DNA of 64,000 bases from Acidobacteriota bacterium (GTDB taxonomy: Bacteria; Acidobacteriota; Terriglobia; Terriglobales; Acidobacteriaceae). Positions 9,389 through 18,729 of the stretch are shown here, piece after piece (within the stretch, counting starts at the first letter, position 1; the number at the start of each line of letters is the position of its first letter). The DNA is taken from assembly GCA_018268915.1 (NCBI GenBank), contig JAFDVQ010000018.1, forward strand, positions 74,457-138,456. The letters run 5' to 3'. The notes beneath the pieces were generated by a model that did no database searches, was not told where the DNA came from, and saw only the letters and a program-made list of their open reading frames with translations. The position numbers and the translations under genes were made by a program.

Positions 9389-10054
9389 TTACTTCGTGCT
9401 CGACATCTCCTTGCCGCCGGACTCGATGTTGTGAGCCTTGGCAATCTGCTGGATGATCTGTAGATGCTGCTCGATGATCTGCGATCCCTTTTCGGCAATC
9501 TGTTTCACCGCGGGGCTCTGAGCTGTCTGAGACTCGCTCTGAAACTGCTTCAAGTCCTTCTGGTGATCTTTCACCATCATGGTGATGTACTCTTTGTCGA
9601 AGTCCTGCCCTGACAGACTGCTCAGCTTCTCGATTTCCTTCTTATCCTTCTTCGATGGGCTGGAGGGCTCGTTGAGTCCCATCTGCTGGGCTACCGGCTT
9701 CAGCCACTTTTCACCCATCTGTCCGTGATCGTTCACCATCTTGGCGGCGAACTGCTTCACATCGGTGCTCTCAGATTTTTGCTGGGCAAGCTGACCGAGC
9801 TGCACTTCAGCCATCCCGCCCTGCATCGCTTCCGAAATGAACGCGCGCTCCGAGAAGTCCTGCGACGATGTTGGTGTGCTGGAGCTCGCATTGTTGTCCG
9901 GCGACTGAGAGCCCGTGTTCGCGGACGGGGTTTGCGGCATGCTTGGCTGCTGTTGGGGGCTTCCACCCGGAGACTGTGCGAGCGCAAATGTTGCACCGAG
10001 CAGTGCGGTTCCTGCGCTCATCGAAACTGTATAAGCTATGCGTTTTACATTCAT
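9389..10054 (-). CDS. DUF4142 domain secreted protein (ferritin-like four-helix fold)
   Basis: Signal peptide, Gln/Ser linker, then AFISEAMQGGMAEVQLGQLA...FAAKMVNDH...FDKEYITMMVKDH. Start moved to MNVKRI (ATG 10054), which follows GGAGG. Confidence 0.85.
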   Translation of the reverse strand: MNVKRIAYTVSMSAGTALLGATFALAQSPGGSPQQQPSMPQTPSANTGSQSPDNNASSSTPTSSQDFSERAFISEAMQGGMAEVQLGQLAQQKSESTDVKQFAAKMVNDHGQMGEKWLKPVAQQMGLNEPSSPSKKDKKEIEKLSSLSGQDFDKEYITMMVKDHQKDLKQFQSESQTAQSPAVKQIAEKGSQIIEQHLQIIQQIAKAHNIESGGKEMSSTK

Positions 10055-10201
10055 TTTGATTAAACCTCCACGACGCAGTGCGCGTAGCAGCGCACGCATC
10101 CACATTCCGATGCCACCTGCACCTTGTAGGTTTGCCCAAGAGAAATGCGCGTTTCTGTTGATTTGCGAATTATTGTAAAAAAGGGGTTTAGAAGCCCTGA
10201 A

Positions 10202-11566
10202 TCAGCATTCCAACGGATTCCTGCGCTCCAAAGCGGGAAGCGTCTTACGATGAAGACCCTCCAAGGCATCGCACGCTGCCTTCACGCCATCTTCCTTTTT
10301 CACCGTTTCGGCGACGGTTCGTGCATTCTGCGCGAACGCTGACTCTTCGAGCAGAGCATGCACTTTGCGCGCGACTCGTTCCGGAGTGTACTTGGCTTTC
10401 TCGATAACCTTTGCCACGCCAAGCCTTTTCATACGCCGCGCATTATCTGGCTGGTCGTGGGAATAAGGCATGATGAGCATTGGTCTGCCCGCGTTGAGAC
10501 ACTGCGCCGTCGTCCCCACTCCGCCCTGGTGAACCACTACTGACGCGCTCGAAAAGAGCTTGGAGTAAGGCGCGTATTCGGCTACGCAAATCGAATCGGG
10601 CAGCTTTTCCTTCAGCTTGTTGCGCGGATCGCTCCCGATCAGCAGCACAGCGCGTTTGCCCAGATCCATTGCAGCCTTCGCCGAAACCTCGTAGAAGTCG
10701 CCGGCTGCGAGGACCGCCGCCGAACCTAGCGTAAAGACGATTGGAGGCTCGCCGCTGGCCACAAACTGATCGAGATGCGGCGGCAATTTCACGTTGCCAG
10801 AATCAGCGTCATAGAACGCAAAGCCTGTGATGACCGTGTTGGGAGGCCAATCTTTCTGCTCTTCGCCAAGTTCGCGCGAGAAGAGCGCCAGCACCAGATA
10901 TGGCGAGTGTTTCGCATCGAACAAAGGATTTTCACCCTGAGGCAGGCCCAGTTCTTTGCGAAGTTCATAAATTGGCTCGGGCCATCTGCGGCTTACAAGA
11001 CGGGCTACCCGCTTGATTACGCGTCCGAATCCCGGCATGCCTTTGTCGACTTTTGCCAGCTTCGGATAAGGCGGGAGCACAGGCGGATCATATGCTGAGA
11101 AAAATGACATGGGTGCGAGGACATAACTTGCCCACGGAATCTTCGTCACCTCCGCCACGATTGGGCCTGCGTAGTTCAACTCGCCAACTAGTAGCAAGTC
11201 TGCGCGAGTTGGCCTGGTTGCTGCATCGAGCAGGTCTTTATAGGTCTGTCGCAGCGCGGGAAAAAGAAAATTGCGAAGCCCATTCTCGGTGCCGTGCTTG
11301 ATGTCGTACACCATCTCCACCAGCACATTGTTTTTGGGATCGATATCTGGCCGGACCGCGTGGAACTCCAGCCCCACTGGCGCAATCCTCGATCGATACA
11401 CTTCAGGCAAAGCCATCACGGGAACATGGCCGCGACGTTTCAATTCAATCGCAAGCGCAATCAGCGGATTGATGTCGCCGTAGGTGCCGATGTTCGAAAG
11501 AACAATTCGCAATGCCGAATCCGTTGATGAGAATGGAAATGCTTCGATAAGAGTAATGCATGCCAT
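10202..11566 (-). CDS. GT1 family (UDP-glycosyltransferase, RhlB-like) glycosyltransferase
   Basis: NIGTYGDINP...LKRRGH N-terminus and VVHQGGVGTT...PYSHDQPDNA sugar-nucleotide motif. The true start may be the TTG at about 11512. Confidence 0.9.
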   Translation of the reverse strand: MACITLIEAFPFSSTDSALRIVLSNIGTYGDINPLIALAIELKRRGHVPVMALPEVYRSRIAPVGLEFHAVRPDIDPKNNVLVEMVYDIKHGTENGLRNFLFPALRQTYKDLLDAATRPTRADLLLVGELNYAGPIVAEVTKIPWASYVLAPMSFFSAYDPPVLPPYPKLAKVDKGMPGFGRVIKRVARLVSRRWPEPIYELRKELGLPQGENPLFDAKHSPYLVLALFSRELGEEQKDWPPNTVITGFAFYDADSGNVKLPPHLDQFVASGEPPIVFTLGSAAVLAAGDFYEVSAKAAMDLGKRAVLLIGSDPRNKLKEKLPDSICVAEYAPYSKLFSSASVVVHQGGVGTTAQCLNAGRPMLIMPYSHDQPDNARRMKRLGVAKVIEKAKYTPERVARKVHALLEESAFAQNARTVAETVKKEDGVKAACDALEGLHRKTLPALERRNPLEC

Positions 11567-11603
11567 CTCGCCGCTGCGTTAAAGAACGCGGTAGGACCAA
11601 CGA

Positions 11604-11633
11604 AAGCAAAAGCCTGCCAGGCGAGGCAGGCTT
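11604..11633 (-). terminator. Probable intrinsic terminator
   Basis: AAGCCTGCC-N6-GGCAGGCTT stem followed on the minus strand by TTTTGCTTT, just past the stop of 11661-12113. Confidence 0.6.
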
Positions 11634-11660
11634 CAAAATCGGCTAGCGCTCTTGAATGGG

Positions 11661-12113
11661 CTACTTCTCTTCGCTCCAGTTTTCGCGATCGCCTTCCCAC
11701 ATTTCGATCATGATCAGTGTCTCGCGTTCCGTGTTCTCGGTGAGGGGATTCACGGGCACGCGCGTGGGGAACATAATTGCAATGGAAGCAAGGTGAGCCA
11801 GCTTCGAGGGAAGTTCTGGCATTCCAAATTCACGCTGCTCGGCATAGTCGAAAACCGTACCATCGGACCCGAAGCTGAATGAAAGGGTTGTGTCGGAGCT
11901 TAGGGAACGCAAAGTGAACGACTCATCAGCGATGGCAAACACGTGCGCCTTCAGCACCAGACGGCATTCGTTAAATGAGCCGAGACAGAGCAGCGAAGTC
12001 TGCTCCTCCATCCATTTGCTCAGCAACAGCCGCACGTCTGATGTCTTCAAGTTCCCTGCATTCCGTATTGTGCTCTGGTCCAGCAACATGGGCAGTGTAC
12101 GAACACACCTCAA
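11661..12113 (-). CDS. Hypothetical beta-rich protein
   Basis: 150-aa ORF in otherwise gene-free space, with a natural-looking composition and a downstream terminator. The start is uncertain. Confidence 0.5.
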   Translation of the reverse strand: MRCVRTLPMLLDQSTIRNAGNLKTSDVRLLLSKWMEEQTSLLCLGSFNECRLVLKAHVFAIADESFTLRSLSSDTTLSFSFGSDGTVFDYAEQREFGMPELPSKLAHLASIAIMFPTRVPVNPLTENTERETLIMIEMWEGDRENWSEEK

Positions 12114-12455
12114 AAGCTGCCTATCCCCATTTGGTAATCATGAACCGGATTCGTTCTGGGCACTTCGCGCTGCGGGGAGCTGCGTTTTCTGTTCATTTGA
12201 ACTGCAAAATATGTGCCAATCCGGGTAGCGGGAAAAGATTCTCAGCTTCGATGAATCCGGGGCAGCCAACAAACGAGCCGATCACGGCCCAGTCAGCCAA
12301 GCTTGAAAGGGATCTAGCGAGGGGGCGGCCTGACAACCTGCTGTGTCACGGCCAAATCCAAGGCCTTGGAAGGACAAATCATCTGAATTTGGCGGCATCA
12401 ACTATGTCCCCCATCGATGTTGACGGGGCCGATCATCTGAGACTTGGTGGAATTC

Positions 12456-12470
12456 ATTCTCCTTTTCTTC
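12456..12470 (+). promoter_or_regulatory. Possible degenerate LexA-type direct repeat (GTTC-N7-GTTC class)
   Basis: ATTC-TCCTTTT-CTTC next to -10-like TAAAAT/TATAAG, about 55 nt upstream of the radical SAM gene. Two mismatches to the consensus. Confidence 0.3.
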
Positions 12471-12526
12471 GCTAAAATGTATAAGTTGCGGAATCGGCAA
12501 GTCCGCGGCTCGGCCCACTTCCCCTG

Positions 12527-13768
12527 ATGACGGTGCAGCAAAAACTCGCAATCCTTGCCGATGCAGCTAAGTACGACGCATCCTGTGCCTCGAGCGGATC
12601 CAAGCGCGCCGGCAACGGCAAAGGTATTGGTCACTCCGACGGCACTGGTATCTGCCACAGCTATACTCCCGACGGCCGCTGCGTCTCCCTTCTGAAGATT
12701 CTGCTTACCAACTACTGCACCTACGATTGTGTTTTCTGCGTCAACCGCGTCTCGTCCGATATTCCCCGAGCCCGGTTCACCCCTGCCGAGGTGGTGAACC
12801 TCACCCTCGATTTCTATCGCCGCAATTACATCGAAGGGCTGTTCCTCTCCTCCGGCATTATCCAGTCACCCGACTACACGATGGAGCAGGTGATCGAGAT
12901 TGCCCGGTCGCTTCGCGAAGATCACTCGTTCGGCGGATACATTCACCTGAAAGCGATACCGGGCGCATCGGCCGCGCTGATCGAGCGCGCCGGGACTTTC
13001 GCGGACCGTCTGAGCGCCAACATCGAATTGCCTACTCAGCAGGACTTGGTTCAGCTTGCGCCAGAAAAGAAAGTGACCGTGATTGAAGGCACCATGAATC
13101 AGATCACGGAGCGCAAAGCTGAGATCGACGAAGACCGCCGCCGGCACAGATCCACTCCGCGCTTTGCACCTGCAGGGCAGAGTACGCAGATGGTCGTCGG
13201 CGCAACCGGCACCAGCGACCGGCAGATACTCTCCACGGCCTCGCATCTCTACGACAGCTACAAGCTTCGCCGCATCTACTTCTCGAGCTTCAGCCCGTTT
13301 CCGCTTGGCGATGCGCGCCTGCCGCAAGCCGCTCCTCCCCTCGTACGCGAACATCGCCTCTATCAGGCCGATTGGCTCATGCGCTACTACGGATACAACG
13401 CAGCGGAGCTGACCACAGATCAGGAACCGAATCTCAGCCTGCAAAAGGATCCAAAGCTCACATGGGCTGAGGCTCATCCTGAATTTTTCCCAGTCGATGT
13501 GAATGCCGCATCGCGAGAAGCTATGCTGCGCGTGCCCGGAATCGGCTATCGGAACGTGACCCGCATTTTGCGCATTCGCCGCTACCATCGCCTTTCGATG
13601 GACGATCTCCGCAAGCTGAACGTGCGGGTGAAACTTGCGGAAAGATACCTGATCGCCGTCGATCACCTTCCGCACAAACAGCAGCGTTTGATCGGGTCGC
13701 CCAAACCGGTTCAGGCGGAACAACTCGACCTGTTCGCGGGTGTTTCGGCATTCTCGGGCCAGCTGTGA
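12527..13768 (+). CDS. Putative DNA modification/repair radical SAM protein with C-terminal helix-hairpin-helix (TIGR03916-like)
   Basis: KLAILADAAKYDASC, GICHSYTPDGRC, CxxxCxxC (CTYDCVFC), REHRLYQADWLMRYYG and HhH (VDVNAAS...LRVPGIG). Confidence 0.92.
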   Translation: MTVQQKLAILADAAKYDASCASSGSKRAGNGKGIGHSDGTGICHSYTPDGRCVSLLKILLTNYCTYDCVFCVNRVSSDIPRARFTPAEVVNLTLDFYRRNYIEGLFLSSGIIQSPDYTMEQVIEIARSLREDHSFGGYIHLKAIPGASAALIERAGTFADRLSANIELPTQQDLVQLAPEKKVTVIEGTMNQITERKAEIDEDRRRHRSTPRFAPAGQSTQMVVGATGTSDRQILSTASHLYDSYKLRRIYFSSFSPFPLGDARLPQAAPPLVREHRLYQADWLMRYYGYNAAELTTDQEPNLSLQKDPKLTWAEAHPEFFPVDVNAASREAMLRVPGIGYRNVTRILRIRRYHRLSMDDLRKLNVRVKLAERYLIAVDHLPHKQQRLIGSPKPVQAEQLDLFAGVSAFSGQL

Positions 13769-15189
13769 ACAGCTCAGCCCTACGGCAGACAATCCTCATC
13801 GAGCCGACCTTTGAGGCCTGGCGCGAGGCCGTGCGCCCGTTGTTGTCAGCCGGAATTTCGCCTGAATTCATCGACCTTGCTGACACAGAGTCTGGCGCAA
13901 CAGAGTCGTTGTTCGCGACAGAACCGCCGGCATCCACAGGCTCTGGTTCCCAGGTGCACGTGCCCCGGTCATATATTGAGCGCGCCACGGTCGTCGCGTG
14001 TCATCGCGACGCCGCCCGCTGGAACTTGCTGTACCGCCTCTTGTTTCGGCTTCAATCAGATCGCAACCTGCTGAAGCTGGATATCGACGACGATGTCGCG
14101 GAGTTCCGGCGCCTTGAGCATCAGGTCAAGCGAGACCTGCATAAGATGCATGCGTTTGTGCGGTTTCGCAAAATCGAGACGGACGCAGGTGAGCACTTTG
14201 TTGCCTGGTATGAGCCGGCGCATCGAGTTCTGGAACTGGCCGCGTCGTTCTTCGCGGAACGATTTGCTGTGATGCAGTGGACGATTATGACTCCGGACGC
14301 CTCGGTCCATTGGGATCCTTCCGAAAAGCAGCTCGCGTTCGCCTCCGGCGTTGCCCGCGAACACGCACCGAAGACAGATGACTTCGAAGATCTCTGGCGT
14401 ACGTACTACTCCTCGATCTTCAATCCAGCGCGAACGAACATGAACGCCATGCGATCGGAGATGCCGGTGCGGTACTGGAAGAACCTGCCCGAGCTTCATA
14501 CATTGCCAAAACTTCTTACCGAGGCGGAAGGCCGGGTCGAAACGATGATTTCTCGCCAGCCGAAGTTGACCGCCGCATCCTTCGTGCCCGGGGACCATTC
14601 CCTGCCCGTGCTGCAAGAAGCAATTCACGCATGTCAGGGCTGCGAGCTCTACCGCTGCGCGACTCAGCCAGTCTTCGGCCGCGGTCCCGCGCGAGCTCGA
14701 CTCATGTTCATCGGCGAACAGCCCGGAGACGAAGAAGATCGTGCGGGCGAGCCCTTCATCGGACCAGCGGGACGGCTGCTGGACACATTGCTATCCGAAG
14801 CAGATATCGACCGCTCTTCTACATACGTCACCAACGCGGTCAAGCATTTCAAGTTTACGGAGCGCGGCAAGCGGCGTATTCATGAGAACCCGCGGACATC
14901 AGAGATCTTCGCCTGCCGACCATGGCTCGTGGCGGAGATAGAGGCAGTGCAACCGGAGATAGTCGTGTGCCTCGGCGCGACAGCATCGAAGTCGCTCTTT
15001 GGTTCGAACTTCGGGCTCATGCGCGAGCGCGGCAAGGTGCTTGCCAGTCCCTACGCCGAACGAGTGATTGCCACGCTACACCCATCGGCAATTCTTCGCG
15101 CAACAGACCCCGAACGCGCTGACCAGATGCGCTCGATGCTGCTCTCCGACTTGAACCTGGCTTCCGCGTCACTCAGCTTAAGATCTTAG
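13765..15189 (+). CDS. udgX: DUF4130 (TIGR03915-like) domain fused to a UdgX-type uracil-DNA glycosylase/binding domain
   Basis: N-terminal RDLHKMHAFVRF...LWRTYYSSIFNPAR...MPVRYWKNLPE. C-terminal CQGC, GEQPG, VKHF, KRRIH (UdgX R-loop) and TLHPSAILR. GTGA overlap with the radical SAM gene. Confidence 0.9.
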   Translation: MNSSALRQTILIEPTFEAWREAVRPLLSAGISPEFIDLADTESGATESLFATEPPASTGSGSQVHVPRSYIERATVVACHRDAARWNLLYRLLFRLQSDRNLLKLDIDDDVAEFRRLEHQVKRDLHKMHAFVRFRKIETDAGEHFVAWYEPAHRVLELAASFFAERFAVMQWTIMTPDASVHWDPSEKQLAFASGVAREHAPKTDDFEDLWRTYYSSIFNPARTNMNAMRSEMPVRYWKNLPELHTLPKLLTEAEGRVETMISRQPKLTAASFVPGDHSLPVLQEAIHACQGCELYRCATQPVFGRGPARARLMFIGEQPGDEEDRAGEPFIGPAGRLLDTLLSEADIDRSSTYVTNAVKHFKFTERGKRRIHENPRTSEIFACRPWLVAEIEAVQPEIVVCLGATASKSLFGSNFGLMRERGKVLASPYAERVIATLHPSAILRATDPERADQMRSMLLSDLNLASASLSLRS

Positions 15190-15365
15190 TTTCTGCTTAC
15201 GGATCTTCGATCGGCCAGGTCCGAAGGCGTTACCAAGAAGTTCTACTTCAGCTGCGGACCCATGCTGTACCATCGATGTCGAAAAGCAACGCCGCAACTT
15301 CAAGCTGCGACGACGCTTAGAGCAACACTCGAACTGTTCGCGTTGAACAAGCATCCATTCAAGCA

Positions 15366-15959
15366 ATGACGGATTCATCCACGCCGCGCCGCAATCCCCT
15401 GAGCACTGCGCCGAATCTCCTTACGATCATCCGTCTTTGTCTTGCTCCATTTCTGGTGGCTTGCATTCTTGAGAATCGTTTCGGGGTCGCATTCGCTCTT
15501 TTCATTGTTGCCGGTATCACGGATGGTCTGGACGGGCTCCTAGCGCGTGTCTTGAAACAACGCACTACCCTTGGCCAGTACCTCGATCCGATAGCGGACA
15601 AGCTTCTCCTGAGCACGCTTTTCATAGTGCTCATGTACAAGAGTCTGATTCCTACCACGGTAACGATCCTGGTCTTTGGGCGCGACCTGGGAATTCTGAT
15701 CGTGGCGACGATCATGTATGCAGTCGTGGGCCGTCGCGACTTCGGCCCCAGCATCTTCGGGAAAGCCAACACTCTGGCTCAGATTGCGGCGGTAGCTCTC
15801 ACGCTGTTGCAACAACTCGTCAACGCGAAATGGGTAGTCATCCTGCGGCTCGTCGCATTGGACGCTACCATCGGGCTCACGATTCTCTCGGGACTGCACT
15901 ATGCCTGGATCGCGGCACACCGCAGCAGCGCACAGGTTAGCGGCTCTCCGGAAAGCTAA
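15366..15959 (+). CDS. CDP-alcohol phosphatidyltransferase family protein
   Basis: PNLLTIIRL and DGLDGLLAR...TTLGQYLDPIADK (CDP-OH_P_transf signature), with multiple TM helices. Confidence 0.9.
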   Translation: MTDSSTPRRNPLSTAPNLLTIIRLCLAPFLVACILENRFGVAFALFIVAGITDGLDGLLARVLKQRTTLGQYLDPIADKLLLSTLFIVLMYKSLIPTTVTILVFGRDLGILIVATIMYAVVGRRDFGPSIFGKANTLAQIAAVALTLLQQLVNAKWVVILRLVALDATIGLTILSGLHYAWIAAHRSSAQVSGSPES

Positions 15960-16334
15960 TCCAAGTGCGCTGTTAAATCATTATTTTGTTTGGTTTACGG
16001 CACGGTCGATCGAAGGGATCCCTATTCATCGTCCGAGGCGGGCTTTTCCTTCTCGTCTGACTCTTCGATTGCCATGTCATGAAACTCTTCAGAATCAAAG
16101 ACATCGCCACATTCAAGGCACTCAACGAATTCTGCGTCTTCGTGGCGGGAAACGATTCGAACCCTGGGGTGTTTGCAGGCAGTAACCATCTTTTGAAAGA
16201 AAATGCTCGGATTTAGAAGCTCTTGCCGCAGATTGTAGCGACCTTTTCAACATTTTCAAACGTCATTTTGGTGAATCTTTTCCGTATCTTGCTTTCACCT
16301 TATCTCACGCTTTGTCACCACCATCCAACGCACG

Positions 16335-16363
16335 TTGAACCCGGACTGTAACGGTCGTATACT
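16335..16363 (+). promoter_or_regulatory. Sigma70-type promoter of the isc operon
   Basis: TTGAAC-17 bp-TATACT. Confidence 0.7.
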
Positions 16364-16364
16364 A

Positions 16365-16389
16365 AATACGGACCTATCGAGTCGCATAT
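16365..16389 (+). promoter_or_regulatory. Putative IscR type-1-like operator over the predicted transcription start
   Basis: AATACG-GAC-CTATCGA-GTC-GCATAT has the 25-bp N6-GAC-N7-GTC-N6 geometry of E. coli IscR type-1 sites. It lies between the -10 box and the ATG. Confidence 0.5.
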
Positions 16390-16390
16390 T

Positions 16391-16846
16391 ATGCTTAAGC
16401 TCACCAAAAAAGCGGATTACGGATTGATGGCCCTCAAGTACCTGGCTGAGCGTCCTGACACCCCTGCTCTGAGCGCCAAAGATATCGCCGACGCGTATGG
16501 CATCCCTGCCCAGCTACTGGCCAAGATTCTGCAGCAGCTCACCAAAAAAGGGCTGCTCAAGTCGCACGCGGGCATGAACGGCGGTTATGCGCTGTCGAAG
16601 CCGGCCGCTTCCATTTCCGCATACGAGGTGATCCTGGCTATTGATGGCCCGTTCTTCATCACATCATGCACAAAAGGCGCGCACGGTTGCGACCTGACGC
16701 CAAGTTGCACCATCAAAGAGCCGCTGGCACGTGTCAATGAGACCATTGCCGGCGTCCTTAAAAGCATCAGCATTCAGGATCTCGCCGAGCACGAGCATCC
16801 GTCGGGTCAGGCACCCGAACCCAAGTTGGTCACGCTCACGATTTAG
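16391..16846 (+). CDS. iscR: Rrf2 family transcriptional regulator (IscR-position)
   Basis: Rrf2 wHTH ([25 protein letters not shown]), three Cys (C93, C100, C106), first gene of the isc operon. Confidence 0.8.
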   Translation: MLKLTKKADYGLMALKYLAERPDTPALSAKDIADAYGIPAQLLAKILQQLTKKGLLKSHAGMNGGYALSKPAASISAYEVILAIDGPFFITSCTKGAHGCDLTPSCTIKEPLARVNETIAGVLKSISIQDLAEHEHPSGQAPEPKLVTLTI

Positions 16847-16911
16847 TCAACACTCCGCACCGCGGAGCACCTTCGCCGAAGCGAAGCGCAGAAAAGGATG
16901 GAGAGGTCGGG

Positions 16912-18165
16912 ATGAGCACAGTTACCAGTCAGATCGAAGTACCGGCAGGCGTAACGCTGCCAATATACATGGACAATCACGCTACCAGCCCGCTGGATTC
17001 CCGCGTGCTCGAAGCGATGATGCCTTTTCTCACCAATAAATTTGGCAACGCCGCTAGCCGCAACCACTCCTTCGGATGGGAAGCCGAGCAGGCCGTTGAA
17101 GCCGCGCGCGAACAGATCGCCAAGCTCATCGGCGCTACCGCGAAGGAAATCATCTTCACCTCCGGCGCAACCGAATCGAACAACCTTGCGATCAAGGGCA
17201 TCGCCGAGATGTATCGCGAGCGCGGCAACCACATCATCACGCAGGTTACAGAACACAAGGCGGTCCTCGACACCTGCAAGCGCCTCGAGAAGTACGGCTA
17301 TCGTGTTACTTATCTGCCGGTAAAGGCAGACGGCCTCATCGACATCGAAGACCTGAAGCGAGCCATCGATGACAAGACGATTCTTGTCTCCATCATGTAT
17401 GCCAACAACGAAATCGGCGTGATCCAGCCTATTCGCGAGATTGGCAAGCTCTGCCACGAGAAAGGCATCCTCTTCCACACTGATGCCGTACAAGCAGTGG
17501 GCAAGGTTCCGGTGAACGTGATCGAAGACAACATCGACGTGCTCTCGCTCTCCGGCCACAAGATCTATGGGCCCAAGGGCGTCGGTGCTCTCTACGTTCG
17601 TCGCCGCAATCCACGTGTGCAGATCGCCGCGCAGATCGACGGTGGCGGCCACGAGCGCGGCATGCGTTCAGGCACCCTAAACGTTCCCGGCATTGTGGGG
17701 CTCGGCGCAGCGTGCGAGATCGCCCGCACTGAGATGGACACGGAAGCTGCCTATCTTCGCGGCCTTCGTGATCGACTCCAGAAGCAGCTCGAGTCGGAGC
17801 TGGACTACATCCACATCAACGGATCGATGGAACACCGGTTGCCCGGCAACCTGAACGTAAGCTTCGTCTACGTCGAGGGCGAGTCTCTGCTAATGGGCAT
17901 CAACGACGTCGCGGTTTCCAGCGGCTCGGCCTGCACCTCGGCGACTCTAGAGCCCTCGTATGTGCTCAAAGCGCTGGGTCTCGGAGATGACGTGGCACAC
18001 AGCTCCATCCGCTTCGGCCTAGGCCGCTTCAACACCCAGGCTGAAGTGGATTACGTTGCTGCCAAGGTAATCGACATCGTGAAGAAGCTCCGTGAACTTT
18101 CACCTCTCTACGAGATGGTGAAAGAAGGTATTGATTTAACAAAGATTGAATGGCAGGCACACTAA
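16912..18165 (+). CDS. iscS: Cysteine desulfurase IscS
   Basis: [29 protein letters not shown] (PLP Lys) and SSGSACTS (catalytic Cys). Confidence 0.97.
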   Translation: MSTVTSQIEVPAGVTLPIYMDNHATSPLDSRVLEAMMPFLTNKFGNAASRNHSFGWEAEQAVEAAREQIAKLIGATAKEIIFTSGATESNNLAIKGIAEMYRERGNHIITQVTEHKAVLDTCKRLEKYGYRVTYLPVKADGLIDIEDLKRAIDDKTILVSIMYANNEIGVIQPIREIGKLCHEKGILFHTDAVQAVGKVPVNVIEDNIDVLSLSGHKIYGPKGVGALYVRRRNPRVQIAAQIDGGGHERGMRSGTLNVPGIVGLGAACEIARTEMDTEAAYLRGLRDRLQKQLESELDYIHINGSMEHRLPGNLNVSFVYVEGESLLMGINDVAVSSGSACTSATLEPSYVLKALGLGDDVAHSSIRFGLGRFNTQAEVDYVAAKVIDIVKKLRELSPLYEMVKEGIDLTKIEWQAH

Positions 18166-18226
18166 AACAAGCATTCGCGGCTAGTTTCAGGGCATAAAGC
18201 GTCCCGAGGCTGACCTCAAACATCCA

Positions 18227-18268
18227 ACTACTGACGGACGACTAGGAACTGAAGACTGAGAACTGGTT
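18227..18268 (+). repeat. Degenerate heptamer tandem repeat (STRR-like)
   Basis: ACTACTG ACGGACG ACTAGGA ACTGAAG ACTGAGA ACTGGTT: six units in 7-nt register in the iscS-iscU spacer. Confidence 0.45.
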
Positions 18269-18299
18269 TTAGCGGCTTCCCGCAGAAGGAGATCGGAAA

Positions 18300-18719
18300 A
18301 TGGCATACAGCGACAAGGTAGTCGACCACTACAATAATCCCCGCAACGTAGGCACGCTCGACAAGAGCTCGACCGAGGTAGGCACGGGGCTGGTCGGCGC
18401 CCCCGAGTGTGGCGACGTGATGCGTCTGCAGATCCGTGTGAACCCTGAGACCCAGGTCATTGAAGAAGCCAAGTTCAAGACCTTCGGTTGCGGCTCGGCA
18501 ATCGCCAGCTCTTCGCTTGCGACCGAGTGGATCAAGGGGCGCACTGTGAACGATGCTCTCGAAATCAAGAACACCGACATCGTGAAGGAACTCTCGCTTC
18601 CTCCCGTCAAGATCCACTGCTCTGTGCTCGCTGAAGATGCGATCCGTGCAGCCATCGGCGACTGGAAGAAGAAGAATAGCGTTGCCGAAACCTCGGCTGT
18701 TGCCGCAGAGGCCAAGTAA
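18300..18719 (+). CDS. iscU: Fe-S cluster scaffold IscU
   Basis: MAYSDKVVDHY, GAPECGDVM, FKTFGCGSAIASSS and LPPVKIHC. Confidence 0.98.
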   Translation: MAYSDKVVDHYNNPRNVGTLDKSSTEVGTGLVGAPECGDVMRLQIRVNPETQVIEEAKFKTFGCGSAIASSSLATEWIKGRTVNDALEIKNTDIVKELSLPPVKIHCSVLAEDAIRAAIGDWKKKNSVAETSAVAAEAK

Positions 18720-18729
18720 GAAGGGCAAA

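Noticed and set aside
10100-10140. GCATC-containing putative ECF/stress promoter motif upstream of DUF4142, the SDR at 54552 and the 58705 gene
   Set aside because: The GCATC pentamer recurs, but no consistent -35 element or spacing is shared.
11591-11605. Exact 15-bp repeat GTAGGACCAACGAAA, also at 47919-47933
   Set aside because: A few 15-mer matches are expected by chance in 64 kb, the two contexts differ (terminator flank versus RBS region), and there is no third copy.
12866-13792. Long antisense ORFs (308 aa here; also 16843-17652, 19831-21120, 40786-41961 and 50033-51574)
   Set aside because: Shadow frames opposite well-supported genes, typical of GC-rich DNA with biased codon usage. 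None has recognisable motifs.
16143-16170. tRNA-like GGGTTCGAATC...CCCGCCA on the minus strand
   Set aside because: The T-stem does not pair (CAGGG versus CGTTT) and no D or anticodon arms can be folded.
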